Shown: positions 22,532 through 33,004, counted from the first letter of the stretch. The stretch: 64,000 nt of DNA from an uncultured Gemmatimonadaceae bacterium (GCA_963829055.1 CAWHHI010000003.1:160001-224000), one strand, 5' to 3'. Notes: a model not told the origin generated them from the letters alone. Numbers and translations: made by a program.

Positions 22532-24396
22532 GACCACATCCTCCACCAGAGTAGACGGACCCATCGCGCAGGCCCGCGGACGGCGCGGCCGAGCACCGAT
22601 GATGGCGCGGTGAGCACGCGTGCGTACGCGACCATGCCGGGGCGCAGCGCCCCGTCGGCGTTAGGCACGAGCGCACGGACGGGGAAGACGACGGCGCCAA
22701 CCGTGTCCATCGCCATGTCGGCGATGCCGGAGACGCGCCCGACGAACGTCCGCTGAGGGAACGCATCGACGCGCAGGCGCACCTCCTGTCCGGTCTGCAC
22801 GCGGCCGACGTCGCGCTGGTCGACGCCGAATTCGAGCTCGAGGGTGTCGGTGCGCCCGAGGACCAGCACCGTGCTCCCCGCGTCCACCCGCGAGCCGACG
22901 CGCTCCTCGGGCCGAGCGGTCAGCACGATGCCGGAGACCGGCGCGCGCACGGTCGCCGAGCGGAGACGCTCGTCGCGGATGGCGGCGTCGCGTCGCAGGA
23001 CGTCGGCGCGCAGACGCTGGAGGCGTTCCTCAGCCGCGTCGCCGCGGCTCGCCGCGCTCGCCGCCGATCGCTCGGCCGCAACGACGGAGGCGGTGGCCGC
23101 ATCGAGCTCGGCGCGCAGCTCGGCGTCGCGAAGCTGGATGATCGGCGAGCCGCGGTTGACCGCGGTACCTTCGCGAACGAGCACGCGCTCGATGATGCCG
23201 TCCGTGAGCGGGCGAATCTCGGCGCGCGAGGTCGGCCGGAATTGCGGGGTCGTTCCATCGACGCGCAGCGGCCAGCGAATGAGCGTGAGCACGCTCACGG
23301 CCACCAGTGCGGCGAGCGCCATCGCGAGTCGGCGCTGCCGCGGAAGTGCAAGGAACGCTTCCTTTCGGGCATGCAGCGCGCCTAACGCGTCCGCCAGCGG
23401 CACCTGGTTGTACAGCTGTGCGTTGCGGAGTGCGACCGTGGCCTGGAGGGCGAGGATGGTCGCGAGCTCCTGCTGGCGCGGGGTCGCGAAATCCGTGCGC
23501 GCCGACTCCAGCACGAGGATGCCGACGACGCCCTCGTCGTCCTTGAGCGGGATGTACAATCCGCTCGCCACGCCGTCCTCCGCGAGATCGTCGCTGAAGA
23601 TCTGCAGGAAGAGGCGTTCGGCATCCGACGCGGGCTCGGTGCGATCCGACAGGTAGAAGCTCGTGCCGATGCCCGCGGCCCATGCAGCACGGACGGCGAG
23701 GTCCTTGAGCTCTGGGTCGTCCCGATCGACCGTCTCGACGCCGGCGACTGCGCGGATGTCGCACGCGCCGCGCTCGTACAGGGCAATCGCGCCGCGATCG
23801 AACGGCAGCGCGCGCATGGCGAGGTTGACCACGGAGCTCATGACGCGATCGAGGTCCAGCGTGGCCGCGATCTCGCGGCTCATTTCCATCACGAGCGCGA
23901 GGTCGCGGGCGCGATCGTTCGCGGCGATGGTTCGCGTGTTCCTGAGCGCGATGCCGGTCGCCGCGGCGATATGTCCGAGGGCGTCGGCCTCCGCGGTCGT
24001 GAATGGACCGCCGGCGGCGGCGTCGCGCGTGACGCGAAGGATGCCGTCGATCGTCGGCCCGGTTCCGAACGTTGCGCTCAGGGCGACGGTGGGCCCCTCG
24101 TCTTCAAAGGAAGCTCCGAGCTCCGCGTGCGTGGCGCGCCGTCCGAGCAGTGCGCCGGCGTGATGGCCGATCGCGACCGGGCAGGCGAGCGTGCCTTCGT
24201 GTGTCAGCCAGATCGAGGCGCCGTCGGCCGAGAGGAGCGCGAGAGCGGATCTCAGCGCTCGGGGCTCGATCTGATCCTTGTCGATCGTACCGGCGATTTC
24301 CAGCACAGCGCCGAACACCGCGTCGAACGACGGCCCCGACGTCAGGGAGACGCCAGTAGCCGGCGTCGACAGCGTAGCCGGATCTGTGGGTGCCAT
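22528..24396 (-). CDS. GAF-GAF-TM-HlyD adaptor protein
   Basis: Two GAF-like regions (EIAATLDLDRV, IPLKDDEGVVGIL, QATVALRNAQLY), a TM helix, then VLVREGTAVNRG, VRAPVSG and LRPGMVAYARV. Confidence 0.85.
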   Translation of the reverse strand: MAPTDPATLSTPATGVSLTSGPSFDAVFGAVLEIAGTIDKDQIEPRALRSALALLSADGASIWLTHEGTLACPVAIGHHAGALLGRRATHAELGASFEDEGPTVALSATFGTGPTIDGILRVTRDAAAGGPFTTAEADALGHIAAATGIALRNTRTIAANDRARDLALVMEMSREIAATLDLDRVMSSVVNLAMRALPFDRGAIALYERGACDIRAVAGVETVDRDDPELKDLAVRAAWAAGIGTSFYLSDRTEPASDAERLFLQIFSDDLAEDGVASGLYIPLKDDEGVVGILVLESARTDFATPRQQELATILALQATVALRNAQLYNQVPLADALGALHARKEAFLALPRQRRLAMALAALVAVSVLTLIRWPLRVDGTTPQFRPTSRAEIRPLTDGIIERVLVREGTAVNRGSPIIQLRDAELRAELDAATASVVAAERSAASAASRGDAAEERLQRLRADVLRRDAAIRDERLRSATVRAPVSGIVLTARPEERVGSRVDAGSTVLVLGRTDTLELEFGVDQRDVGRVQTGQEVRLRVDAFPQRTFVGRVSGIADMAMDTVGAVVFPVRALVPNADGALRPGMVAYARVLTAPSSVLGRAVRGPARWVRLLWWRMWS

Positions 24397-24484
24397 GAAG
24401 CCCGAGAGGTGGGAACCGGGCTAACCTGTGGCGGCGCGTGACGAGCCGCAATGCCGTGATGATCGGCGCAGGTATATAGATGCG

Positions 24485-24512
24485 AAAACGGGCGGGGAAT
24501 CCCCCGCCCGTT
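24485..24512 (-). terminator. Intrinsic terminator/stem-loop after the peptide genes
   Basis: aacgggcgggg-aatc-ccccgcccgtt stem ending in TTTT on the minus strand. Confidence 0.65.
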
Positions 24513-24559
24513 CCGTCATTTCGTCTGCTACCCGCCTCGAGCGGTCCCCACTGTCACGG

Positions 24560-24760
24560 TCAGAAGGTTCGGCTGCGAGTCGAGGGTGGCGTCATAAGAC
24601 GCCCGTCGGGCTTACTGGTACAGCTCTTTGGTGCGATACGCTCTTCGAGCTCGCTGACCGTCAGCTCGACGGCATCGGCGTCCTTCCCGATCTCTTTCTT
24701 GACCAGGTCCTTCTGCTCGGGGGTCAGGTCGATCCGGACGATCTCTTGTTCCTTCTTCAT
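24560..24760 (-). CDS. Small precursor-like peptide 2 (LEERIAP leader); true stop may be 24612
   Basis: MKKEQEIVRIDLTPEQKDLVKKEIGKDADAVELTVSELEERIAPK+tail; paralog of 24833..24979; GAGG upstream. Confidence 0.85.
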   Translation of the reverse strand: MKKEQEIVRIDLTPEQKDLVKKEIGKDADAVELTVSELEERIAPKSCTSKPDGRLMTPPSTRSRTF

Positions 24761-24832
24761 GGTCGGAGCCTCAATGTGAAGGGACGAACTGTGTGACGGC
24801 CTGCGAGTGACACTCGTGGTGCCAGACGCTGG

Positions 24833-24979
24833 TTACAGGATCGCCTTGGGTGCGATCCGCTCCTCGAGCTGATCCACCGTCAATTCGACGGCGTCCACTT
24901 CCTTCCCGATCTCTTTCTTGACGAGGTCTTTCTGCTCGGGCGTCAGGTCGATCCGGACGATCTCTTGCTCTTTCTTCAT
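24833..24979 (-). CDS. Small precursor-like peptide 1 (48 aa, not in the ORF track)
   Basis: Hand translation: MKKEQEIVRIDLTPEQKDLVKKEIGKEVDAVELTVDQLEERIAPKAIL*. 41/45 aa identical to the neighbouring peptide, with 12 synonymous codon differences. Confidence 0.88.
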   Translation of the reverse strand: MKKEQEIVRIDLTPEQKDLVKKEIGKEVDAVELTVDQLEERIAPKAIL

Positions 24980-25010
24980 GGCCGGGAGTCTCGTGGCTGG
25001 AGTGGCGTGA

Positions 25011-25088
25011 CGAACCGTCGTAAATCCTGGGCGGGACGATACGAACCCTCCGTGAACCGATCGTGAATCTCCTGTCGCCGATCGTGAA
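25011..25088. promoter_or_regulatory. Direct repeats in the divergent promoter region (candidate regulator operator)
   Basis: ccgatcgtgaa exactly repeated at 25057 and 25078; cgtgaa at 25051, 25062 and 25083; a related cgaaccgtcgtaaatc at 25011. Confidence 0.5.
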
Positions 25089-25129
25089 AAGGCGCTACGT
25101 TGGCCGCCCGTCCTTCCGCGAGATCGACG

Positions 25130-27377
25130 ATGCCGTCGTTGTCACTGGCTCTGTGTGGTGGGGTAGCGCTCTCTGGTGATGGGGTCTCCTCCTCGGGCCT
25201 GGGAGCGAAGGCCGTCGCGCTGCTCGCCTACCTCGCGGTCGAGCAGGGCACCCATTCGCGGGACGAGCTCACCGCGCTGTTGTGGGGCGAGTACGCGGAG
25301 GAGAAGGCGAAGGCATCGCTCAGGCAGGCACTCACGCATCTCCGTGAGGCAGCGCCCGGCCTGCTCCGAGTCGATCGCACGTCGGTCGCCCTCGCAACCA
25401 CCGTCGACTGCGACGTCACCACGTTTCTTCGGCTGACGAAGAGATTCGCCTCGCCTGGCGGCGGACTGCGACGTGACCGGGTTCCTCGACGACCTGCACA
25501 TCCGTCGATCGCCCGCGTTCGCCGAATGGGCGGACGGAATTCGCGCCAAACTCGTGCGCCGCCAGTGTGAGGTGCTCGCCCAGGCCACGGCGGAAGCGAT
25601 GGCCACACGGCAGTGGCGCGAGGCAGTGCGTTACGCCGAACGCTGGGTGAAAGCGGCGCCGCTCGACTCGGCGCCGAATGCCGCATTGATGGAAGCGCAC
25701 TTCATGGGTGGCGATCGCGCGCTCGCGCTCGATGCGTTCGCGCAGTATCGGAGCCGACTCGCTGAGGAGACGGGGCAAGCCCCGGAACGTGCGCTGACCG
25801 AGTTGGCGGAGCGGATTCGCAACGCTGGGGTGGCTGCGGCGCGACGGCATGCGACGGAAGAGTGGTACGCCGCCGCGCCGTCGTTCCAGGGGAGCCTCAT
25901 CGGCCGAGGTGGCGAGTGGGATGCGCTTACCAGTGCCTGGCGAAAGGCCGCCGACGGGAGCGCACAGATTGCGCTCATCGAAGGGGACGCCGGCGTCGGG
26001 AAGAGTCGGCTCGCGGAGGACTTCGCGCGATGGGTCAGCGCTTCCGGCGGGACCGTCCTTCGCGGACGCGGCTACGATGCGCGCGGTGGCGTGCCGCTCG
26101 GTGCCATCATCGAGGCGCTGCGGTCGGGCATCGACGCGCCGGGCCTGGCCGGAACCGATCCCCAATGGCTCCTGGAGGTCGCGCGCGTGGTACCGGAGAT
26201 CCGTGAGCGATTCCGCTCGCTTGGCTCGGTGGCATCGCCGACCACCGCGGACGCGTGGCGGCTGTTCGAGGGCATTGCCCAGTTGGTCTCGGCGCTGGCG
26301 GACGAGTCTCCGGTCGTCGTGTTCATCGACGACCTGCACTGGTGCGACGCGGACAGCTGCACGCTGCTGCACTCGCTCATCCGGCGACTCGACGGCGCAT
26401 CCGTGCTCTGGTGCCTGACGTTCTCGCCCGGCTCCGTCGAACGCGATGCGCCCGCGGCGCGGCTCGTTCGCGCGCTTCGCGCCTTCCGTCAGACCCGCGC
26501 GCTCGCGCTCCGTCCGCTCGACGAAGACGAGGTCTGGCAGCTACTGCGCGCGTTAGGCCGAGTCACGGCGCCTAACGGCGCTCGGAGACTCGCGGCGCGG
26601 ATCCACGAGGTGACCACCGGTTTCCCGTTCTACGTGATCGAGCTGCTCAAGACGCTCTTCGCGCAGGGTTGGCTGACCGTCGACGCCGACACGGGCGAGT
26701 GGATCGTGAGCGCGCAGGACGGCGATGGCCCCACCGGCCTCACGCTGGCCCCCAGCGTGCACGAGGCGATCGCGGAACGTATCGAGTGCCTGCCTAACGA
26801 TCTCGGTGAAGTGCTGATCTCCATCGCCGTCTCGGCGCGTGGATGTCGGGCGGACGTCCTGTCACACATCCACGGCATCTCGCGACTGCGCGCGGCGGCG
26901 ATCGGCGACGCGCTGGTGGAGCGTCATCTGACGGTCGAGGACGACGGCGTGTACCGCTGTGCGCACCCGGTCATCGCGCGCGTCGTGAGCGACGCACTCG
27001 GCACGGCGCGGCGCCGCGAACTGCACCGCGGCCTGGCGCTCGCGCTCGAGATCACGATTCCGCCGAATGGCGAGTCGCCTGACCCGGGCGAGATCGCGCG
27101 TCACGCCGAGCAGGGAGGAGAGCGGGCGATGGCGTATCGGTACGCCATGGAGGCGGCGACGTCATGCGAGTCGCGGTTCGCCTACGAGGAAGCGATGACG
27201 TGGCTCGATCTCGCGGCGAGCGTCGCGAGTCAGCCGGCCGACACGGACGCCGTCAATCGCACGACGGCTCGGCTGCTCGAGGCCGCGGGCTGGCAGGAGA
27301 TGCCGCGAGTCGACCGGGACGCGATGCGTGCGGGGCGCTTCGTGGTGACGGACCTGGACCTGCCGGCGCGCGTCTGA
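25130..27377 (+). CDS. BTAD/SARP-like transcriptional activator with AAA ATPase domain, frameshift near 25450
   Basis: KAVALLAYLA, HSRDELTALLW and SLRQALTHLR (wHTH); BTAD region FAEWAD...LMEAH; Walker A GDAGVGKS; Walker B FIDDLHWCD. Confidence 0.88.
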
Positions 27378-27385
27378 GTGATGAC

Positions 27386-27503
27386 GTCATTCCGAGCGGA
27401 GGGCCGAAGGCCCGCAGTCGAGGAATCGAGATTCTGTTCGGTAGAGGGCTCTCTACCCCGATAGGCTCGATTCCTCGACTCGCTGTCGCTCGCTCGGAAT
27501 GAC
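27386..27503. repeat. REP-like palindromic element, family B
   Basis: gtcattccgagcg...gagg aatcgag...ctcgattcctc...cgctcggaatgac between convergent genes. Confidence 0.8.
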
Positions 27504-27510
27504 GGCCGCG

Positions 27511-27916
27511 CTACGCCGCGGTCACCTGACGTACCTGCAGCTGCGCGGCACCGACCGGCGCGCCGTCGACGTGCATGAGGAACGTGTATCGACCCACGGT
27601 GGCCAGTTCGAGGAGATCGAACTGCAGTGGAAGGTCGACCGCGATGGAGTCCACTCCTGCTGGTGATGGCGGGAGTGAGATGTCGCCGCCCGGCTTGCCG
27701 ATCTCCTGCTCCGGCCGGGCCTGTGATAGCGACTTCGACGCGGTGAGCCTTGCCGGTCTCGTCCGCAGTGAAGTGCAGCCGCGCGGCGAAGGCGATGCGC
27801 GGGATCGTCACGGGGACGGCCGTGGTCTGTAATTCGTTGATGATCCCAATGAGCGACGGCTTCCCGTCGTTGGCGATGATGACCTGATCGCAGAGAACAA
27901 CGTACTGGAGATGCAT
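27511..27916 (-). CDS. Hypothetical beta-rich protein, frameshift near 27710
   Basis: MHLQYVVLCDQVIIANDGKPSLIGI... continues in a second frame as QEIGKPGG...RYTFLMHVDGAPVGAAQLQVRQVTAA* (TAG at 27511). Confidence 0.7.
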
Positions 27917-28021
27917 GAGCTGGGACGGGGGTCGAGAGGAGAACGCCGGATGCGCTCAGAGTAGCGCTCAGGGTAGCATGGTGCGGGCGCGCCGCGCTAC
28001 CCCGAGGCCCAATCTGGGCGC

Positions 28022-28321
28022 CTAACGCCAACCTGCCAGCACCGCAGACAGCGCGGCGTGCGCGGCGACCTCGGCGTCGTGCAATGCGAGCACCCGCCGC
28101 TGCAGGTCGGCGCGGAGATCCGCCACCGCGGAATCTGAAAGAGGGAACCGCTCCTGCGCCGACCTGGCCAGCTCATCGAGACGCCGCCACGACTGGCGCA
28201 CCGCGGCCGTGCGTGTTTTCGCGTCACCCACGGGTGCGTCGCCCAGGATGTGGTGACGAGCAGTGGCGTAGCGCTCGCCGGTTTTCGCCATGAGAGACGT
28301 CAGCCTCGGTTTGTTCGACAA
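28022..28321 (-). CDS. Possible small hypothetical protein
   Basis: Contains MAKTGERYATAR, a motif reminiscent of other bacterial hypothetical proteins; TTG start, weak support. Confidence 0.3.
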   Translation of the reverse strand: MSNKPRLTSLMAKTGERYATARHHILGDAPVGDAKTRTAAVRQSWRRLDELARSAQERFPLSDSAVADLRADLQRRVLALHDAEVAAHAALSAVLAGWR

Positions 28322-28324
28322 CCG

Positions 28325-28503
28325 CTAGCTGGTTGCTGGGTGGTCGTGCTGGTGGCTGGGTGACGCTGGGTGACCTGCGAGAAAAGCGCGCAGGGATCAG
28401 AGTGAAAACGGGGTCAGAGTCGAATCGACTCTGACCCCGTTCGCCGTCCGGGCTAGCACCCAGCGTCACCCAGCAACCAGCATACAGCACCCAGCTACCA
28501 GCT
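28325..28503. repeat. Nested palindrome: ggggtcagagtcga hairpin flanked by inverted short-repeat arrays
   Basis: aacggggtcagagtcga-a-tcgactctgaccccgtt at 28407-28441; gctgggtgacgctgggtg on the left pairs with cacccagcgtcacccagc on the right. Confidence 0.75.
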
Positions 28504-28511
28504 CCTCGTCG

Positions 28512-29903
28512 TTAGGTGCCTGATACCTGTGTGCACGCGTTCGCCGGTTGCGGATTGCGCGCGATGCACTCGTCCGCCGGATACGGGACGTACGGGAAGA
28601 TCTTGTGCGTCGGCAGCGCCTTGTCGAGCGTCGCCAATCGGTTGAAGCGTCGTGTGTCCCACCAGCGGTGGCCGTACTCGAAGAACAGCGAGTAGCGACG
28701 GTTGTACAGCAGCTCGGTGATGAACTGATCATCCGTGCTCGCGGCCGTGATCGCCGCGTTGCCGAGTCCACCGGAGTTGACGCGAACGAAGTTGATGTCG
28801 TCGATCGCGCCCTGCTTGTTGCCCGTGAACCAGCGCGCCTCGGCGCGAATGAGGATCAGCTCCTCGTTCCGGATGATGGCCATGGGCGACGTAGCGCTCG
28901 TGTACAACGTGTTCTTGAGGTTCGAGCTCACGCCTTGCTGCGCCAGGGTGTTGCCCACCGCCGCCTTCGATGATGCGCGAAGGTCGGGTGAGTTGTCGGC
29001 GCGCTTCTGGGCCTCGTTGAGGAACGACGGCACGACGACAATGGCGCGCGGCGTCGCGTCGAACTGGGCGTTCGTCTGATCGCCTGACGCAGTGCTGAAG
29101 ACGTTGTAGACGCCGACGTCCAGAATCGCGCGCGTCGTCGTCGAGGTGTTGATGAACGACTCGGCGAGTGAGGCGTTCACGCCCGCGTAATTCTTCGTGT
29201 ACGTCTCGACCCGCGCCTTGAGCGCGCGATTGAAGCGCAGGAACGTCGCGGGGGTATTGAAGCCAGTGAAGCCCGCGTGCAGCTGGAACGGGAAGGTGGT
29301 GCCGCCGGCATTCGAGGTGAACCTTCGCCTCATCGAGCAGTCGCACGATGTTCGCGTACACCTCGGCCTTGGGTACCACTGGCGCGGGCTCACCGCCGCC
29401 CGTCGTCGCACTGACTTCGATCGGAAGGCCGAGGTCCTCGTGCACGAGCGCCTGACCGAGGAAGAGATACGCCTGCATCGTCTTCACGTAGCCACGGAGC
29501 GCTTCCTTCTGTGTGGCTGTCAGGCTCTCGAGCTTGTCGGCCGCGGTGAGGATTCCCTCGCCCGCGCGGATGCCGCGGAACGCCGCGCCGAAGCCGAACT
29601 CAATGCCGAATCCGCCCGGCTCGAGTGGGCCGACGAGATAGCCGTTGACCGTGCGTGGCTCGGACGGGTCGAGGTTGTATACCTCACGGCCGAAGATGCC
29701 CGCCGTCTGCGCGTACGTGCCGGCAAGGCCGCGGACGGTGATGAGCATCCCCTGCGCGGCCGTCGCGACAGTCGCGGGAGTGGGGTTATTCGTGAGCTGA
29801 TCGATGCTCGGGTTGTTGGTGTTGACGATCTCGTTCGCTTCGCAGGACGCCGTGATCGCGAGCAGGATGGTGCGGGAAGTGCGAGGCGGAGGGTGGTGCG
29901 CAT
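28512..29903 (-). CDS. SusD/RagB-like lipoprotein, frameshifted
   Basis: IIRNEELILIRAEARW, INFVRVNSGGL and LLYNRRYSLFFEYGHRWWDTRR; downstream of SusC. Confidence 0.88.
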
Positions 29904-29974
29904 TTTCCCCTCCTTCCGCCTTCCTCCTTCCTCCTTCCTCGACCTAACGCGCATATCGAATATGGATGTCATGA

Positions 29975-32900
29975 TCAGAAACCAAGATTGAGGTTGACCC
30001 AGAAGCTCCGGCTGGCCGGATAGGCGCCGAGCTCGCGGTTGCGCTGCAGGTTGTCGTTGCCTGCGCCGAAGTTCGAGAACTCCGGGTCGCCACCGCGATA
30101 TGGGGTCCACCAGTACAGGTTGCGGCCGCTGACGCTGAGTTGCGCGTCGGTGACGCCCTGCAGCGGGCGCATCCTCGCCAGCCACGACTTCGGGACGCGC
30201 GCGCCTAACGTCACTTCGCGGATCTTCGTGAACGACGCGTCCTGGTAGTACGTGCGCGTCACGTTGCGGTACACGCGCACGCGCTGATCACCGAGGCGCT
30301 CGCCACTCGGCGTCTTGACGTCGAAGTCGCGCGAGTTGCCGCCGAGGTCGTAGTGGCGCCACGTGCCCGCCGCGACCATGCCGCCCTGCTGCCGGTCGAT
30401 GAGGACGTAGGCGCTGAACGCGCGCCACTTGAAGTCGTTGCCGAAACCAACGGTGTAGTCCGGGTTGCCGTCGCCCATGACGACGGGCACGACCTGACCG
30501 ACCTTGAGGCCGACCGAGTCGCGGCCGTCAGGCGTCTTGTCGGCGACGCTGACCGTGTCGTTGCCGATGAGCTGCGTCGGCGACTTGCCCTGCTCGATGC
30601 GTACGGCACCGACCTGCGCCGTGCTGAAGAGGAACGGCGGAACCGGCAGCTCCATGATCTTCGCGCGGTTCAACGCGAAGTTGATGCGCGCATTCCACTG
30701 CACGCCGGCGAACTGGCTCGGGATGATGTTGATCGAGCTCTCGAAGCCACGCACCCGCATGAGGCCACCATTGAAGCGCTCGGAGCCGAGGCCCGATCGA
30801 CGGTGGCAGCGTACGGTCGAGCAGCAGGTCCGAGATGCGTCGCTCGAACCCGGTGAGCTCCACCGTCGCCTTGTTGCCGAACAGCGCGAGGTCCAGGCCC
30901 GCCTCGAACTCGCGCTGCCGTTCCGGTCGCATGTCCTTCGAGCCAGTCGTGCCGCCAATGGTGAAGCCGCCGATGCCGCCGATGCTTCCCGCGGTCAGGT
31001 TCGTGAACTTCTGCCCGAACGTCGGCTGGTTGCCCGACTCACCGTAGGCGACGCGCGCTTTCACTTCGTCGACGCCACGCATCACCTTGGCGAATCGGTA
31101 CGAGGCCGCCGCCTTCGGGTAGTAGAAGTACTGGCCAGTGTCGCCGTTGTTCGTGCTGCGGTCGGCGCGGATACCGCCGGTGAGCAGCAGCCGTTCCTTC
31201 CACAGGAACTCGTGCTGCGCGAACACGCCGAAGTCCTCGACACTCTCGGCCTGCTCGTCGAGGTCGCGGCGCGTGCCGTCACGCAGGTTCGGGAGGCCGC
31301 TCAACAGGTTCTGGCTGACCGTGCGCGAGACGTCGAGATCGCGCGTCTCGTACTGCGTGCCGAGGGACGTCGTCGCCGTGAACGAGCCGCCAGCGGGCGT
31401 GTACACGTGGATGGCGTTCAGGTTGAGATTCTTGTTGATGTTCTGGCCGTACGACAGCGCATCCGTTCCGGGGAAGCCGTCGTCATCCTCGAAGTAGAGC
31501 TCGGGCGGCGAGAAGACGAAGTTCTTCTGCTGGAAGACGTCGAAGCCGCCGACGCCGACGATCCGGATCTGGTTCCGATCGGACGTGTACGGGGAATACG
31601 TTATGCGGCCCGAGGTGATCGAACGCCACACGCTCTCCTCGTTCTGGAACATGTCGATCGTCTGGAACGGATTGCTGGCGTGGAACGGCGACACCGGGTA
31701 GCTGCCATCCGGTCGTTGCCGAAGGTCGAGCCAGCTCGGGATTTTCGTGATCGTGTAGTAGATGCTGTTGCCGGCGTTGTCGTTACCGAAGAGGCCGCGG
31801 TCATTGCCGTTGTGCAGCACCTCACCGTTGATCGACGCCACCCACTTCCGACCGAAGTTCTGATCGAGGTTCACGCGCAGGTTCTGCTTGCGCGCGTACG
31901 TGTTCTTCGCGACGCCGCCGTCGTACTTGAGAAGCCCTGAGACGAGGTAGCGCGTCTGGTCATTCCCTCCGGAGACGCCGAGGGACGTCTCCCAGTTGAA
32001 GGGGTGCTGACCGAACGCTTCCTTCTCGTAGTCGATCTGGAGGTTGGGATTGAACAGCTGATCGACGGCGGCGCGCTGTGGAGTGCCGGCAATCGGCGCG
32101 AACACGGCGTACGCATCCTGCAATGTTCGTGAAGTGCCGCGAGTGTTCTTCGTACGCGAGCGCTGACGATCCCGCGCCGGTCCGGAGCGTGAACGCCGGC
32201 TTGCCGCCGCGTCCGCGCTTCGTCGTGATGAGGATGACGCCCGCCGACGCCTTCGAGCCGTAGATCGCGGACGCCGCGGCGCCCTTCAGCACCTCGACGC
32301 TCTCGATGTCGTTCGGATTGAGGTCCGCGATGCGGTTGACCGGGTTCTCCTGGCTCGCGACCGCGATCCCGGTGCCGGAGGCGAGCGTGACCTTGTTGAG
32401 ACCGGGCGCGATCGCGATGTCCGCCGTCACGACGCCATCGACGACATACAATGGATTCGCGGTGCTGATGAGCGATGTGATACCGCGGAGACGGATGCGG
32501 TTGCCGCCGCCCGGGGCGCCGGTGTTCTGCTGAATCTGCGCGCCGGCGACTTTGCCCTGCAGCGCGTTCTCGATGCTCGTCGCCGGAACCTTCGACACTT
32601 CTTCGGCGCCGACCGATCGCGACCGAGTTCGCGAGGTTGCGGCGTGACATGCCGGTCGCGAGGCCGGTGACGACGACCTCCTCGAGCTTGAGCGGGTCGC
32701 GCGACATGGTGATCGTGACGGATTCCTGGGTCGCGGCGACCGCGACGTCCTGCGGCGGGAATCCGATGCGCCGGACGGTCAGCGTGATCGCCTGCACCGG
32801 CGCGATGATCGTGAACGTTCCGTCGTCACGCGCGAGCGTCCCTGTCGTCGTGCCCTTGATCTGAACCTGCGCACTGCCGATCGGCGCGCCGTTGCCGGCC

Positions 32901-33004
32901 TCGACCACCTTCCCCGTCACAGTGCGTGTCTGGGCGAGTGCGGACGTGCTCGCGAGTAACGATACCGCTGTCACCGCGAGGGCGGATAACCACGTGGTCC
33001 TCAT
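29975..33004 (-). CDS. SusC/RagA-like TonB-dependent receptor, at least three frameshifts
   Basis: LEEVVVTG, NPLYVVDGV, DLNPNDIESVEVLKGAAASAIYGSKASAGVILITTKRG, PERQREFE and terminal YPASRSFWVNLNLGF. Confidence 0.9.

Noticed and set aside
19440..24979. Classical lanthipeptide, pearlin or bacteriocin cluster
   Set aside because: No LanB/C/M, PEARL, YcaO, radical SAM or C39-ABC gene in the window, and no double-glycine motif in the leaders.
29903..29975. N-terminal extension RKEEGGRRKEGK on SusD
   Set aside because: It is the translation of an intergenic ttcctcc heptamer run; the signal peptide starts at 29903.
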